Source: Eledone cirrhosa (taxonomy: Eukaryota). From it: 64,000 nt of DNA. The DNA lies in assembly GCA_964016885.1 (NCBI GenBank), contig OZ024758.1, positions 15,066,001 to 15,130,000 on the forward strand, in the 5' to 3' direction. Made by a program: the position numbers and the translations under genes. Every line of letters starts with the position of its first letter. Within the stretch, counting starts at the first letter, position 1. The notes beneath the pieces are model-generated. The model did not search any database, had not been told where the DNA came from, and saw only the letters and a program-made list of their open reading frames with translations. This document shows, piece by piece, positions 1 through 11,505 of this stretch.

Positions 1-767
1 TATAACCACCACCATCATCATTAATCATCATCATCTTGTCATTCCATGAGAGTATCTTGGTCAGCCTATGAACTTTTCTGAAAAAGAAAAAAATGGGATT
101 AAAAGATGGGTTAAAATGGATGCTTTTGAACAGAGACCTATTTGATCAGAGTTGACCTGTGATCAAACAACTGAAACATCAACAGCAATAACTAAATTTT
201 GACCTCATCTTGTAGAGAGCTCACCTTTTAGTATATGGCATTTCTTACAATGTTCAAGTGTGACTTGAATTATTATGGCTAGAGTATTTATGTTCAGATT
301 GCATGAAACAAATCTTTAACTATTTCAGAAAGCTGTTATGTTGTTAGATATAAATTTATCTTTCTTAAGAATAGCCTGATGATCGTTTGCACAATGGCGC
401 CCAGCGCATATTTTAAAGTATGTTAACCCATTAGCATTTAAACCAGCTATATCCGGCCAATACTTTCTCTCATCTTTTTCTGTTCAAACTGGCTCTAGCC
501 AGTTGCTCGTACTTATGTTAAGGTTATTGTTCTCAAAATCTCATAGATTGTCAATTTGAGAATTGCTACCGATGAATACGAGAAAGTTCTCCAGGAAAGT
601 TAACCAGGAATCTTTAAAAATCTCTCCACTCGAGTTAACAAAGAACTTACTAGATCTACAAAACCAAATTGTAAAATCATAATATTATAAAATTAAATCA
701 AATTGTTTAGAACTGAGCACTGTACACAATAATTTCATTATTATCATTACAAAAGTCATCCGTTTCC

Positions 768-817
<50 letters not shown>

Positions 818-821
<4 letters not shown>

Positions 822-1153
822 TTAGTGGTTAGAGCATTGGCCTTGCAATCGAAAGGTTGAGTTCAATTCTTAGACCGGGTGATGTGTTGTTTCCTTGAGC
901 AAGACACTATATTTCACATTGCTCCAGTTTACTCAGCTGTAGAAATGAGATGATAGGGACTGGGGTCCATATCACTCCACTGCAAAGTGGTCGTGGAGGT
1001 GCCACGGCAAAAAAGCACCCAACACTCACTGTAAATGAGGTTGGTGTTAGGAAGGGCATCCAGCTGTAGAAATATAGCCAGAATCAGTTCCTGTCCCACC
1101 CTTGCAAGCAGGGAAAAAGCGGACGTAAAATGAAATGATGATGATGATGATGA
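818..1153 (+). mobile_element. tRNA-headed SINE, family A (near full length, (TGA)n tail)
   Basis: A box TGGCTTAGTGG, B box GAGTTCAATTC, central CCTTGAGCAAGACAC, body GGTTGGTGTTAGGAAGGGCATCCAGCTGTAGAAA, (TGA)n tail; recurs at 10786, 54897 and 61278. Confidence 0.9.
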
Positions 1154-1175
1154 TATATATATATATATATATATA

Positions 1176-1680
1176 AGAGGTGAGTTTTATAGTAGAACAA
1201 TAAATAATTAGTATACTTAATTTCTATATATGTAATCATAAACATCGTTACTCATAAACCTCATCAATTTTTGATTTTTGATTTTTTAATTTTATTTATA
1301 AATCTACAACCGTTTTTTTTCAGTTATTGTTCAGTGGAGACAGCGTTTCTAAGTTTAAAGGTTTATATCTCTCTCTCTCCTCTCTCTTTCTCTCTCCTCC
1401 CATCCTTCTTATACTCTTCCTCCGTTATCCCTCCCTTTTTTTCTCCTTTCTTCCTCTTCCTTCCTTTTTTCCTTTTTTTTCCAATCTTTTATATCCATTT
1501 AAATTTATTTATCATATGTTTATTAGACACTGCCTTGTTAACAAGCATTTTCTAAGCATCATATCATGCCTCCCTATTTTATCTGATGAGAACGCAAATA
1601 TCAACCCAGGATGATATTTGTTTTTGAAATGCGCATAATAAAATACATGGAACTTTTTTAACCATCTTTTAATTTCATCT
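1176..1680 (+). mobile_element. Short (TA)n-flanked hammerhead-bearing element (Penelope-like pLTR/retrozyme-like), family HA
   Basis: Both ends are shared with reverse-orientation copies at 2011-2326 and 16621-16876; contains the hammerhead at 1575-1645; flanked by (TA)n. Confidence 0.7.
1575..1645 (+). ncRNA. Type I minimal hammerhead ribozyme motif
   Basis: Stem I TATTTTAT/ATAAAATA; CTGATGA at 1583-1589; ~13-bp stem II; GAAA at 1626-1629; palindromic stem III TGCGCA; UA cleavage site at 1636-1637. Confidence 0.85.
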
Positions 1681-1718
<38 letters not shown>

Positions 1719-1828
1719 TTATATATATATATAATCTAACCCATGCTAGCATGGAAGAACGGACGTAAAACGGTGATGATGATTATATATATATATATAT
1801 ATAATTTCAAATATTTCACTATGTTTTA

Positions 1829-1906
1829 AATTGCCTTGTCTGATGAACAAATGCGGACATTTCTTGTATCCGTCATATTCGGGAAACCTCTGGTAATGAG
1901 GTAATT
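1829..1906 (+). ncRNA. Type I hammerhead ribozyme motif (family HB, stem II partly degraded)
   Basis: 11-bp stem I AATTGCCTTGT/ATGAGGTAATT (with G-U pairs); CTGATGA at 1840-1846; GAAA at 1883-1886; stem III CC-TCT-GG; UA at 1894-1895. Confidence 0.7.
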
Positions 1907-1979
1907 ATATTGTAACTTACATAGAGCACTTTTCATTCCTCTGACTTTTTCAACGGAAACTTCAACACACACATATATT

Positions 1980-2010
<31 letters not shown>

Positions 2011-2012
<2 letters not shown>

Positions 2013-2323
2013 AGATCAAAAGATGGTTAAAAGAGTTCCATGTATTTTATTATGCACTCACTGTAAATGAGGTTGGTGTTAGGAAGGGCATCCAGCTGTA
2101 GAAATCAAGCCAGAATCAGTTCCCGTCCCACCCTTGCAAGCAGGGAAAAAGTGGACGTAAAATGAAATGATGATGAAAATTTCAAAAACAAATATCATCA
2201 TGCAATAATATTTGTGTTTTCATCAGATAAAATAGGAAGACATGATATGAAGGTTAAAAAACACTTGTGAATAGTGCGATATCTGCATTGCTTTATTGTA
2301 CTACAATAAAACTCACCTCCTAC

Positions 2324-2326
<3 letters not shown>
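2011..2326 (-). mobile_element. Family HA hammerhead element, interrupted by a SINE-A 3' fragment (about 2054-2176)
   Basis: Matches 16621-16876 except for SINE tail sequence inserted at TATGC|...|ATTTCAAAAAC. Confidence 0.8.
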
Positions 2327-2373
<47 letters not shown>

Positions 2374-2481
2374 AAAAAGTATGACCCCGACGGCAGAGCT
2401 CAAGCCGTTTCGACAGCTATTTCTGGACTCAGAAATAGCCATCGAAACGGGTTGAGCTCTGCGGTCGGGGTCATACTTTTT
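2374..2481. repeat. Near-perfect palindrome (52-bp arms, 4-nt loop) in a short TA-associated element
   Basis: 2374-2425 is the reverse complement of 2430-2481 with 4 mismatches; single-arm relatives at about 3641-3790 and 5899-5959. Confidence 0.9.
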
Positions 2482-2652
2482 GCTATTTCCCACTCTACTA
2501 CCCTAAGTATTGAGTACTCTGGTGCGTTAGGGTCAATCTGGTTCCTTACCGCAATTCCTTTATCATCATCATTATCATCATCATCATCATCATCATCGTT
2601 TAACATCCATTTTTCCCCGCTAGCATGGGTCTGGACGGGAATTGTCCCACTT

Positions 2653-2653
<1 letters not shown>

Positions 2654-2743
<90 letters not shown>

Positions 2744-2770
2744 GTGTGTGTGTGTGTGTGTGTGCGTGCA
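2654..2770. repeat. (CA)n abutting (TG)n, forming a self-complementary microsatellite
   Basis: (AC)n GCG (TG)n seen directly. Confidence 0.85.
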
Positions 2771-3044
2771 TATATGTGTGTACGTATGTGTGTGCATTTG
2801 TGTTTGTGCGTGAGCGTTCAGGTGCTAATACATTGTTGTTACCTTAACTAAAATGTCTGTCTGACACACAACCTTACCACTGTGTATACCATTGCTCTCT
2901 GTGGAACATGCTAGAAATTCTTCACTGAGTCAGTTGTAGACATGTTTGCACGTAAAACTACCATTTCTTCCTCTGATTCATTCCTTAGTTACCAAAACCA
3001 GTAGTCAAGGATCAGAAATGGAGTTTTTTGTGGTGCATAAATAT

Positions 3045-3123
<79 letters not shown>

Positions 3124-3189
3124 AATATATATATATATGACTTCCTGTCTTTCTTGCTTTCTCTCTGTAGTATTACATGGTTCGTTAAT

Positions 3190-3472
3190 CTGTCTGTCTG
3201 TATGTATGTTTGTATGTATGTATGTATGTATGTATGTATGTATGTGTGTCTGTATGTATGTATGTATGTATGTATGTCTGTCTGTCTGTCTGTCTGTATG
3301 TATGTATGTATGTATGTTTGTATGTATGTATGTATGTATGTATGTATGTATGTATGTATGTATGTCTGTCTGTCTGTCTGTCTGTATGTATGTATGTATG
3401 TATGTATGTATGTATGTCTGTATGTATGTATGTATGTTTGTATGTATGTATGTATGTATGTATGTCTGTATG
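3190..3472. repeat. (TATG)n/(TCTG)n microsatellite
   Basis: Seen directly; source of the spurious MYVC ORFs. Confidence 0.95.
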
Positions 3473-3605
3473 TAGCATGGGTTAGACGGGTTGTCCTGTT
3501 GTGGGCAGTAGCCGGTCAGCTGACCATGTCTTGCTCACACGGGAACTGATTCTGGCTTGATTTCTACAGCTGGATGCCCTTCCAGCTGTAGAAATCAAGA
3601 AGCCA

Positions 3606-3642
<37 letters not shown>

Positions 3643-3789
3643 AACGAGTAGGACCCCGACGGCTGAGCTCAAGCTGTTTCGACGGCTAATTCTGGACTAA
3701 GATTACCCACTATTACCCACTCTACTACCCTAAGTATTGAGTACTTTGGTGCGTTCTGGTCCACCTGGTTCCTTACCACATTTCCTTTG

Positions 3790-3872
<83 letters not shown>

Positions 3873-3874
<2 letters not shown>

Positions 3875-4050
3875 CAGTGTACCCTCGGCATTTACGGATC
3901 CGACATTCACAGTCCCTGCCATTCACTGAATTTTCCTTAGAACCTAACTAATAATTGTTTGTGGAAACACCGCAGCATATTCTCGGAATCGTAAATATCT
4001 TCCACAAATATTTTATGGCTTTTTCCGTGGCAATATATATTTTTTTAACG
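3873..4050 (+). mobile_element. Possible Tc1/mariner-superfamily (pogo/Tigger-like) terminal fragment
   Basis: TA + CAGTGTACCCTCG start is typical of pogo/Tigger TIRs; no partner TIR seen. Confidence 0.4.
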
Positions 4051-4234
4051 CTAAATTATTAATATAACCATACTCTACTACCCCAAGTATTGAGTACTCT
4101 ATTGAGTAAAGGTCTAACAAGTCTCTTATTGAATACATCTTGATTTATATATATATATATATATATGCAAAAGTTCTATTTAAAGTTGTTGGGATACAAC
4201 AAGTAAATATTTTTATAACTGATATAAAGCACTC

Positions 4235-4707
4235 GACAGATTATCCAGACAGATTATCCAGACAGATTATCCAGACAGATTATCCAGACAAATTATCCAG
4301 ACAGATTATCCAGACAAATTATCCAGACAAATTATCCAGACAGATTATCCAGACAGATTATCCAGACAAATTATCCAGACAGATTATCCAGACAGATTAT
4401 CCAGACAGATTATCCAGACAAATTATCCAGACAGATTATCCAGACAGATTATCCAGACAGATTATCCAGACAGATTATCCAGACAGATTATCCAGACAAA
4501 TTATCCAGACAGATTATCCAGACAGATTATCCAGACAAATTATCCAGACAGATTATCCAGACAGATTATACAGACAAATTATCCAGACAGATTATCCAGA
4601 CAGATTATCCAGACAAATTATCCAGACAAATTATCCAGACAGATTATCCAGACAGATTATCCAGACAGATTATCCAGACAGATTATCCAGACAAATTATC
4701 CAGACAG
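4235..4707. repeat. 13-bp tandem repeat GACAGATTATCCA, about 36 copies
   Basis: Seen directly; A/G variant at unit position 5; lies inside a TA-flanked element of about 4167-4879. Confidence 0.95.
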
Positions 4708-4773
4708 CCTCCAAAAGTAATGGTTGTATTTTAAAGGGTACATCAAACCTATTTGTAAAACTGTTATATATTG

Positions 4774-4838
4774 TATTTTGTCTGATGAAGGCATACCATA
4801 ATTTAATGTGGTATCCCTGAAATATGTATAATGAAATA
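4774..4838 (+). ncRNA. Type I minimal hammerhead ribozyme motif
   Basis: Stem I TATTTTGT/ATGAAATA; CTGATGA at 4782-4788; stem II AGGCATACCATA/TGTGGTATCCCT; GAAA at 4819-4822; TATGTA; UA at 4829-4830. Confidence 0.8.
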
Positions 4839-5157
4839 AATATGGTTTTATAAATATAGTTTCCATTTATTAATATCGTATATATATATATATATATAAG
4901 TAAGGTGTATGGTAGGTCGTATGTGAATCGCGATGATCAAGTCTGACCTACCAAATATGTGACGGTAGCTAGTTAAGCTCTATGCGTATACGCAGAGCAG
5001 AAATATATATATATATATTTAAGGAGTGTAACTGGGAGTTACTGTAGGTTCACCCGGGTGAGCACTCGAATTTTAGGTTCACTTCTGTGTTGAGGTGTAG
5101 AGCTATACAGAATGTATTATATTGAAAGGATAACAAGGACGATTGGTTACTCCTTCA

Positions 5158-5379
5158 TTACATTTATTGGTAGGTGACACGTGTTTCACCACTGATCAGC
5201 TCAAGGTTCGATCTGTATCAATCTTACCCGACTCTATAATCCGCAGCTCAACAGACCCTTTTCTACTAGCATTTTAAAGGGTCCGTCGAACTGCGGATTA
5301 TAGAGTCGGGTAAGATCGATACAGATCGAACCTTGAGCTGACCAGTGGTGAAACACGTGTCACCTACCAATAAATGTAA
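5158..5379. repeat. Long inverted repeat, 104-bp arms with a 14-nt loop, in a Penelope-like end fragment (about 5021-5470)
   Basis: 5158-5261 versus 5276-5379, 5 mismatches; left flank is homologous to 61098-61278. Confidence 0.92.
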
Positions 5380-5562
5380 CTTTTTACCGTGTTACCTACG
5401 CGGCCACATTACAGCGTGGACTGCGTGTTTTTTTGTCGTGACACCTACACGATCTCGATCTCATTATCTCATTTATTTGGACTGGATGTTGTGGTACCAA
5501 CTTTACAGAGAGAGGGTGGTGTTGGTGGGAGTGGGAGGATAGGGTAGGGGTAGTGGATTGGG

Positions 5563-5597
<35 letters not shown>

Positions 5598-5601
<4 letters not shown>

Positions 5602-5878
5602 AAATCTGTCTTAAGCCAGAAGGCTCAGTTGACAGGTGCTTATCCCGGTTTCATGGCGTGAAGGGACTGAGAGAGTACAAGACTCCACCCTGGACAGGAC
5701 GCCAGTCAATCACAGGGTTAAACCCCCCAGCTATTGCTGGTACTCATTTTCAGCTGAGTATACTGGACCAACATGAAATGAAGTGTTTTGCTTAAGGACA
5801 CAACACGCAACCCAGGAATCGAACCCACGACATTATGATCATAAGCCCAACACCCTTACCACTAGGTCACATACCTCC
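5598..5878 (-). mobile_element. tRNA-headed SINE, family C
   Basis: Minus strand has TGACCTAGTGG (A box), GGTTCGATTCC (B box) and TCCTTAAGCAAAACAC; second copy at about 31185-31440. Confidence 0.8.
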
Positions 5879-5978
5879 AATATATATATATATATATAGG
5901 AAAAAGAGTATGACCCCGACGGCAGAGCTCAAGCCGTTTCGGCGGGTATTTCTGGACTCTATATATATATTTATATAT

Positions 5979-6212
5979 TGGAGGAGACTGAGGTTAGCTG
6001 GACATGCTCACCGACATCCAGAGTTGATACTACACTCAGTGCTCCTGTGGGAGCCCCTGCACAGACAGACAGGAAGAGGGAGACCGAGGTTGACATATGT
6101 TGATGCCCTAAGGACCGACACTGGTCTCTTGGAGATGCAGGACATGGCAGCGATGATGAGGGACAGAGACCGCTGGAGAGAACTCGTCCATGGATCTTGG
6201 GAATTTTACCCC
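5979..6212 (+). mobile_element. RTE-clade LINE 3' fragment
   Basis: Translates RRLRLAGHAHRHPE...GRGRPRLTYVD..L..DTG...MRDRDRWR, the typical RTE ORF C-terminus. Confidence 0.88.
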
Positions 6213-6447
6213 CCATATATATATATATATGTATATGTGTGTGTGTGTGTCTGTCAGCATGACTTGGCAAGCTAATTAGAACACTGGATTAACCCCTTTA
6301 CTTCCCTCCGAAGAAGAGATATTATCTCGAAAATTAAGGATATTCAAATAAATTTAAGGTAAAAGACTAATTGTCAGCAATATCTTTTGCATTTGTATTT
6401 ATATTCTATATCCATACCTGCATTGTTTTGGCCTTCCAACTCCAAGC

Positions 6448-6487
<40 letters not shown>

Positions 6488-7044
6488 GAAGAAAACTGTA
6501 CAAGAGCTCTTCACCATTACCATCATTTGTATTGTATAGTGTGTTTATGAAAATGTACTATGGAGAAAAACAAATGTTCAATAAGTTTGTTGTTAATATA
6601 ATGGTTTGTTGTTAATATAATGTTGTTAATATAATGTATATCATAAGACTTTGACATGTGTGCAGTAAAATCAAAGAACCAATGATTTGACAAAATAAAG
6701 ATATAAGAGGACTACATGACATAAACTTATTTAAATCTCAAATAACCTCTTCCGACTGACAAACTTGTTTCTATTTATACTTTGACGAGTTTTAGCATGA
6801 AATTTGATGTGTTTTAGCTGTGCTTAGTATGCAAATTTTAGATTTAATGCAGCTGTGCTATTTTAGTTCCTTAACATCTTTTTTTTTTTAGCATATTTTG
6901 ACTTTTTTTTTGGCGGAGTCTCATAATTAGATATAAAATTCATTCGGTTATATTTGCTACTTAACCAATGCTTACCTTATATTGAATTTTTTTTATCTTA
7001 ACCTATTTTTTTTTTAGTAATATTTAGTAATATGAACAAACTAC

Positions 7045-7283
7045 CAGCATAGGTTGTTAGCTGTTGGGACACTGCATCCTTTAAAACCTCCATACTTCCC
7101 GAAATTTGCCAACTCTATACCTGGTGTTCCCCCTCCATGCACACGCATGTATGTATCTGTGTGTATATCATGACTCGTACACTGTTCATTTTCTTGACAT
7201 TAGTACATTATTCTATGTACTATACATGCACCTTTGAGGAGTTGTAGTGCACCTGAGCATTGTACACAATAATTTTCATTGTA
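7045..7283 (+). repeat. Dispersed repeat ending ...GTGCACCTGAGCACTGTACACAATAATTT(ATT)n, probable LINE/SINE 3' end
   Basis: Copies at about 713-748, 7860-8000 and 21540-21797. Confidence 0.7.
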
Positions 7284-7498
7284 TCTTATATATATATATG
7301 TAAGAGAGTATTGAAGTTTGCTTGAAGCATTGTGGAATAATAAGATTTATTTTCTTTTGGTCGTTTTGGAAGCCTCAACAATGCAGATGGGTAAGTCTCC
7401 GGGTAACAGGATCCGGTGGTGAAGAGAGAGATGTAAGAGGGAATGTAGAATGAGATGTATAGTGTGTAGAGGAACGTAGGAAAGAGCGTAAAAAATAA

Positions 7499-7690
7499 AA
7501 ATAATTGTTTCTACTTTAGGCACAAGGCCAGCAAATACCCAGTGCATTACTGGTACTTTATTTTATCGACCCCGTAAGGATGAAAGGCAAAGTCAACCTC
7601 GGCGGGATTTGAACTCAGATCGTAAAGGGACGTAACTATGCTGGAAAGCATGGCGTCCGACCCTCTACCGAAACTGCCAATCCACCGCCA
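7499..7690 (-). mobile_element. tRNA-headed SINE, family B
   Basis: Minus strand reads GAGTTCAAATCCCGCCGAGGTTGACTTTGCCTTTCATCC...AAGTACCAGT; near-identical copy at 29659-29848; others at about 21805, 36645 and 38982. Confidence 0.88.
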
Positions 7691-8154
7691 TTAAAATATA
7701 AAAATAATAACACGAGATAGAGTTACCTTGGGAGAGATTTAATTGTCGCCATATTTCGGATTCGTATCCATCAACTGGGGGGGGGGGGGTTTCTAGGGCT
7801 GGGGGGAGTTATCTGTCGGTATATATATGCGTGTGTGTGTGCATGTGTGTGTGATGTATATGTATGTATCTGTGTGTATATCATGGCTCATACACTGTTC
7901 ACTTTCCTGACATTTGAACATTATTCTATATACTATACATGCCCCTTTGATGAGTTGTAGTGCACCTGAGCACTGTACAGAAAAATTTTCATTATTATTT
8001 TTTTCATTTTCATAAAATATTGGTGCTTTTCAGCACACTTTTGACAATAATTCTATGCATTTACCTTTGGAGAATTTAACAACACTGGCTGAGAAAGGAA
8101 GCAAAAAAAAAAAAGTATTTCTAAACTTGGTATAAAAGTACCAAGTAGGCAGCA

Positions 8155-9320
8155 AATTGGTAGAGTTGTTAGAACATCGGATTGAATATTTTATGGTATT
8201 TGTTCTAGCTTTCTGCTCTCTGAGTTCAAATCCCATCGAGTTTAACTTTGCCTTTCATCCTTTAAAGGTCAATAAAAAAAAAAGTACCAATCTAGTACTG
8301 GAGTCGATTTTTCCTCTATATCTCTTTCTCATTTCCTCTCTCTCACTTCCTGTATTTCTCTGGAAGAAATCTGCTGTACTCAGGCCTGGAGAGTGATGGG
8401 CTCTGCCAGGCTTAAAATGCCCAAGAAACACCATAGAACTCAGGCCTAGAGAGTGATGGGCTGTTCCAGGCTTAAAATGCCCAAGAAACACCATACAACT
8501 CAGGCCTAGAGTGTGATGGGCTCTACCAGGCTTAAAATGCCCAAGAAACACCATACAACTCAGGCCTAGAGAGTGATGGGCTCTGCCAGGCTTAAAATAC
8601 CCAAGAAACACCATACAACTCAGGCCTAGAGTGTGATGGGCTCTACCAGGCTTAAAATGCCCAAGAAACACCATAGAACTCAGGCCTAGAGAGTGATGGG
8701 CTGTTCCAGGCTTAAAATGCCCAAGAAACACCATAGAACTCAGGCCTAGAGTGTGATGGGCTCTACCAGGCTTAAAATGCCCAAGAAACACCATAGAACT
8801 CAGGCCTAGAGAGTGATGGGCTCTGCCAGGCTTAAAATGCCCAAGAAACACCATACAACTCAGGCCTAGAGAGTGATGGGCTCTACCAGGGTTAAAATGC
8901 CCAAGAAACACCATACAACTCAGGCCTAGAGAGTGATGGGCTCTGCCAGGCTTAAAATGCCCAAGAAACGCCATACAACTCAAGCCTAGAGAGTGATGGG
9001 CTCTACCAGGCTTAAAATGCCCAAGAAACACCATACAACTCAGGCCTAGAGAGTGATGGGCTCTGCCAGGCTTAAAATGCCCAAGAAACACCATACAACT
9101 CAGGCCTAGAGTGTGATGGGCTCTGCCAGGCTTAAAATGCCCAAGAAACACCATAGAACTCAGGCCTAGAGAGTGATGGGCTCTGCCAGGCTTAAAATGC
9201 CCAAGAAACGCCATACAACTCAGGCCTAGAGAGTGATGGGCTCTACCAGGCTTAAAATGCCCAAGAAACAGTGTATGTCAATACAGCACCCATACGGCTC
9301 CCCCAGGAGTTGTGGGACCA
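8155..9320 (+). mobile_element. SINE-B variant with an internally amplified 3' segment
   Basis: Homologous to the unamplified copy at about 22003-22325. Confidence 0.75.
8378..9270. repeat. 60-bp tandem repeat, about 15 copies
   Basis: Unit ACTCAGGCCTAGAGAGTGATGGGCTCTGCCAGGCTTAAAATGCCCAAGAAACACCATACA. Confidence 0.97.
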
Positions 9321-10199
9321 TACAATACCATACCATGCTATAAAAGTACCTACAGCTAATTATTGGTTGAAACTAGCCAATGAGGGGCCCAAAAGCAAGA
9401 TCCTTCAGTGAGTTTTGTGTGCTCTGATTGGTCAACAATGATGTAACCAAATGAATCAGTTCTAACAAAAAACTACCACCCAGACCACATAATTGCTGCC
9501 AGATGTACAGCAACACAAACCACATCATGGAAGAGATACATTTTACATGCAAATGCAACAGTCTGCTAAATATTTATGTATGTATGTATATATGAATGTT
9601 ATCTCTTTCTCTTAATTTCGAGTATATTTTTTTGACTGGCCACCTTCCTGGTGGCAAGGTTGTAAAAGAAAAGAAATTGTCATCCCTTGAATCGCAAGAA
9701 TGTTTTGCAAATTTTGAAGGTGCCAGCTATCGCAGCCATTTGTAGACTATGAATTAGGGAGCTGCGTATGTATGTATGTATGTATGTATGTATGTATGTA
9801 TGTATGTATGTATGTATGTATGTATGTATGTATGTATGTATGTATGTATGTATGTGTGTGTGTGTATGTGTGTGTGTATTTATGTGTGTATGCCTATGTG
9901 TGTATGTATATACATATGTGTGTGTATGTATTTATGTGTGTATGTACATATGTATATATGCATGTACACACATAAATACATACACACACATATGTACACA
10001 CATATACATACACACATAAATACACACATAAATACACACACACACACACACATATGTATATATGAATGTATGTACATATGTATGAATGTATGTGTGTAAA
10101 TGTGCATAAATATACACACAAACACACACACACACACACACTCACACAAACAAGCAAGGAAGAGCGGACGTAAAATGATGATGACGATGATGATGATGA

Positions 10200-10233
<34 letters not shown>

Positions 10234-10355
10234 AAAAACTAAACTTTGTGATATAAAAAATAAACAACTTAGAAGCAATGTTTATATTACAGTAGTATAT
10301 AAAGTTCACACCCAACATCATTGCTGAAGTCATCATCATCATCATCTATATCAAT

Positions 10356-10426
<71 letters not shown>

Positions 10427-10583
10427 ATATATATATACACACACATACACACACACATATACATACATATATGCATGTTATTTCAAACTATGTATATATA
10501 TATATATATATACACACACACATACACACACACATACACACACACACATATATATACATATATACATGTTATTTCGAACTATG

Positions 10584-10615
<32 letters not shown>

Positions 10616-10681
10616 CACACACACACATACACACACACATATATATACATATATACATGTTATTTCGAACTATGTATATAA

Positions 10682-10714
<33 letters not shown>

Positions 10715-10784
10715 TACACACACACATTTACATACATATATACATGTTATTTCGAACTATGTATATATATGATGATATATATAT

Positions 10785-10785
<1 letters not shown>

Positions 10786-10815
<30 letters not shown>

Positions 10816-11192
10816 CCGTTTTACGTCCGTTCTTCCACGCTAGCATGGGTTAGACGGGTTGTCCTGTTGTGGGCAGTGTCTGGTCGGCTGACCATGCCTT
10901 GCTCATACAGGAACTGGTTTGGCTTGATTTCTACAGCTGGATGCCCTTCCTAACACCAACCTCATTTACAGTGAGTGCTGGATGCTTTTTTGGCGTGGCA
11001 CCTCCACGACCACTTTGCAGTGGAATGATATGGACCCCAGACCCTATCATCTCATTTCTACAGCTGAGTAAACTGGAGCATCGTGAAATAAAGTGTCTTG
11101 CTCAAGGAAACAACACATCACCCGGTCTGAGAATTGAATTCACAACATTTCGATTGCAAGCCCAATGCTCTAACCACTAAGCCATGTGCCTC
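10786..11192 (-). mobile_element. SINE family A, full length
   Basis: Reverse complement of the 818-1153 family with a (CAT)n tail. Confidence 0.9.
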
Positions 11193-11204
11193 CATATACA
11201 TATA

Positions 11205-11309
11205 CAGGGTGTCCCAATAAAATGTATACATATTTCACTTCGAAAGCATTCTAATAAATATTACCTGTACATGTAATCAAAGTGTATATACATTTTTTAA
11301 CACACCCTG
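11205..11309. mobile_element. Tc1/mariner-type MITE
   Basis: TA flanks; TIR CAGGGTGT...ACACCCTG. Confidence 0.85.
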
Positions 11310-11351
11310 TATATACACACACACACATATATATATATATATTTATATATA

Positions 11352-11453
11352 CAGGGTGTCCTCAAAAAAGGTATAATACTTCACTTCAATAGCATTCTAA
11401 TAAATATTGCCTTTACAGGTAATGAAAGTGTGTATACATTTTTGGGGGACACC

Positions 11454-11456
<3 letters not shown>
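11352..11456. mobile_element. Tc1/mariner-type MITE (second copy)
   Basis: TA flanks; TIR CAGGGTGTCC...GGACACCCTG; homologous to 11205-11309. Confidence 0.85.

Positions 11457-11505
<49 letters not shown>

Noticed and set aside
376-420. CTGATGA as a hammerhead core (also 23083 and 37978)
   Set aside because: No stem II followed by GAAA, and no stem I complement
818-880. tRNA gene
   Set aside because: The A and B boxes belong to SINE heads; no complete cloverleaf or acceptor stem
8255-9214. 319-aa repeat ORF (likewise 4140-4820 and 33803-35513)
   Set aside because: Stop-free frames of tandem repeats, some TE-derived and frameshifted; no splice signals or unique domains
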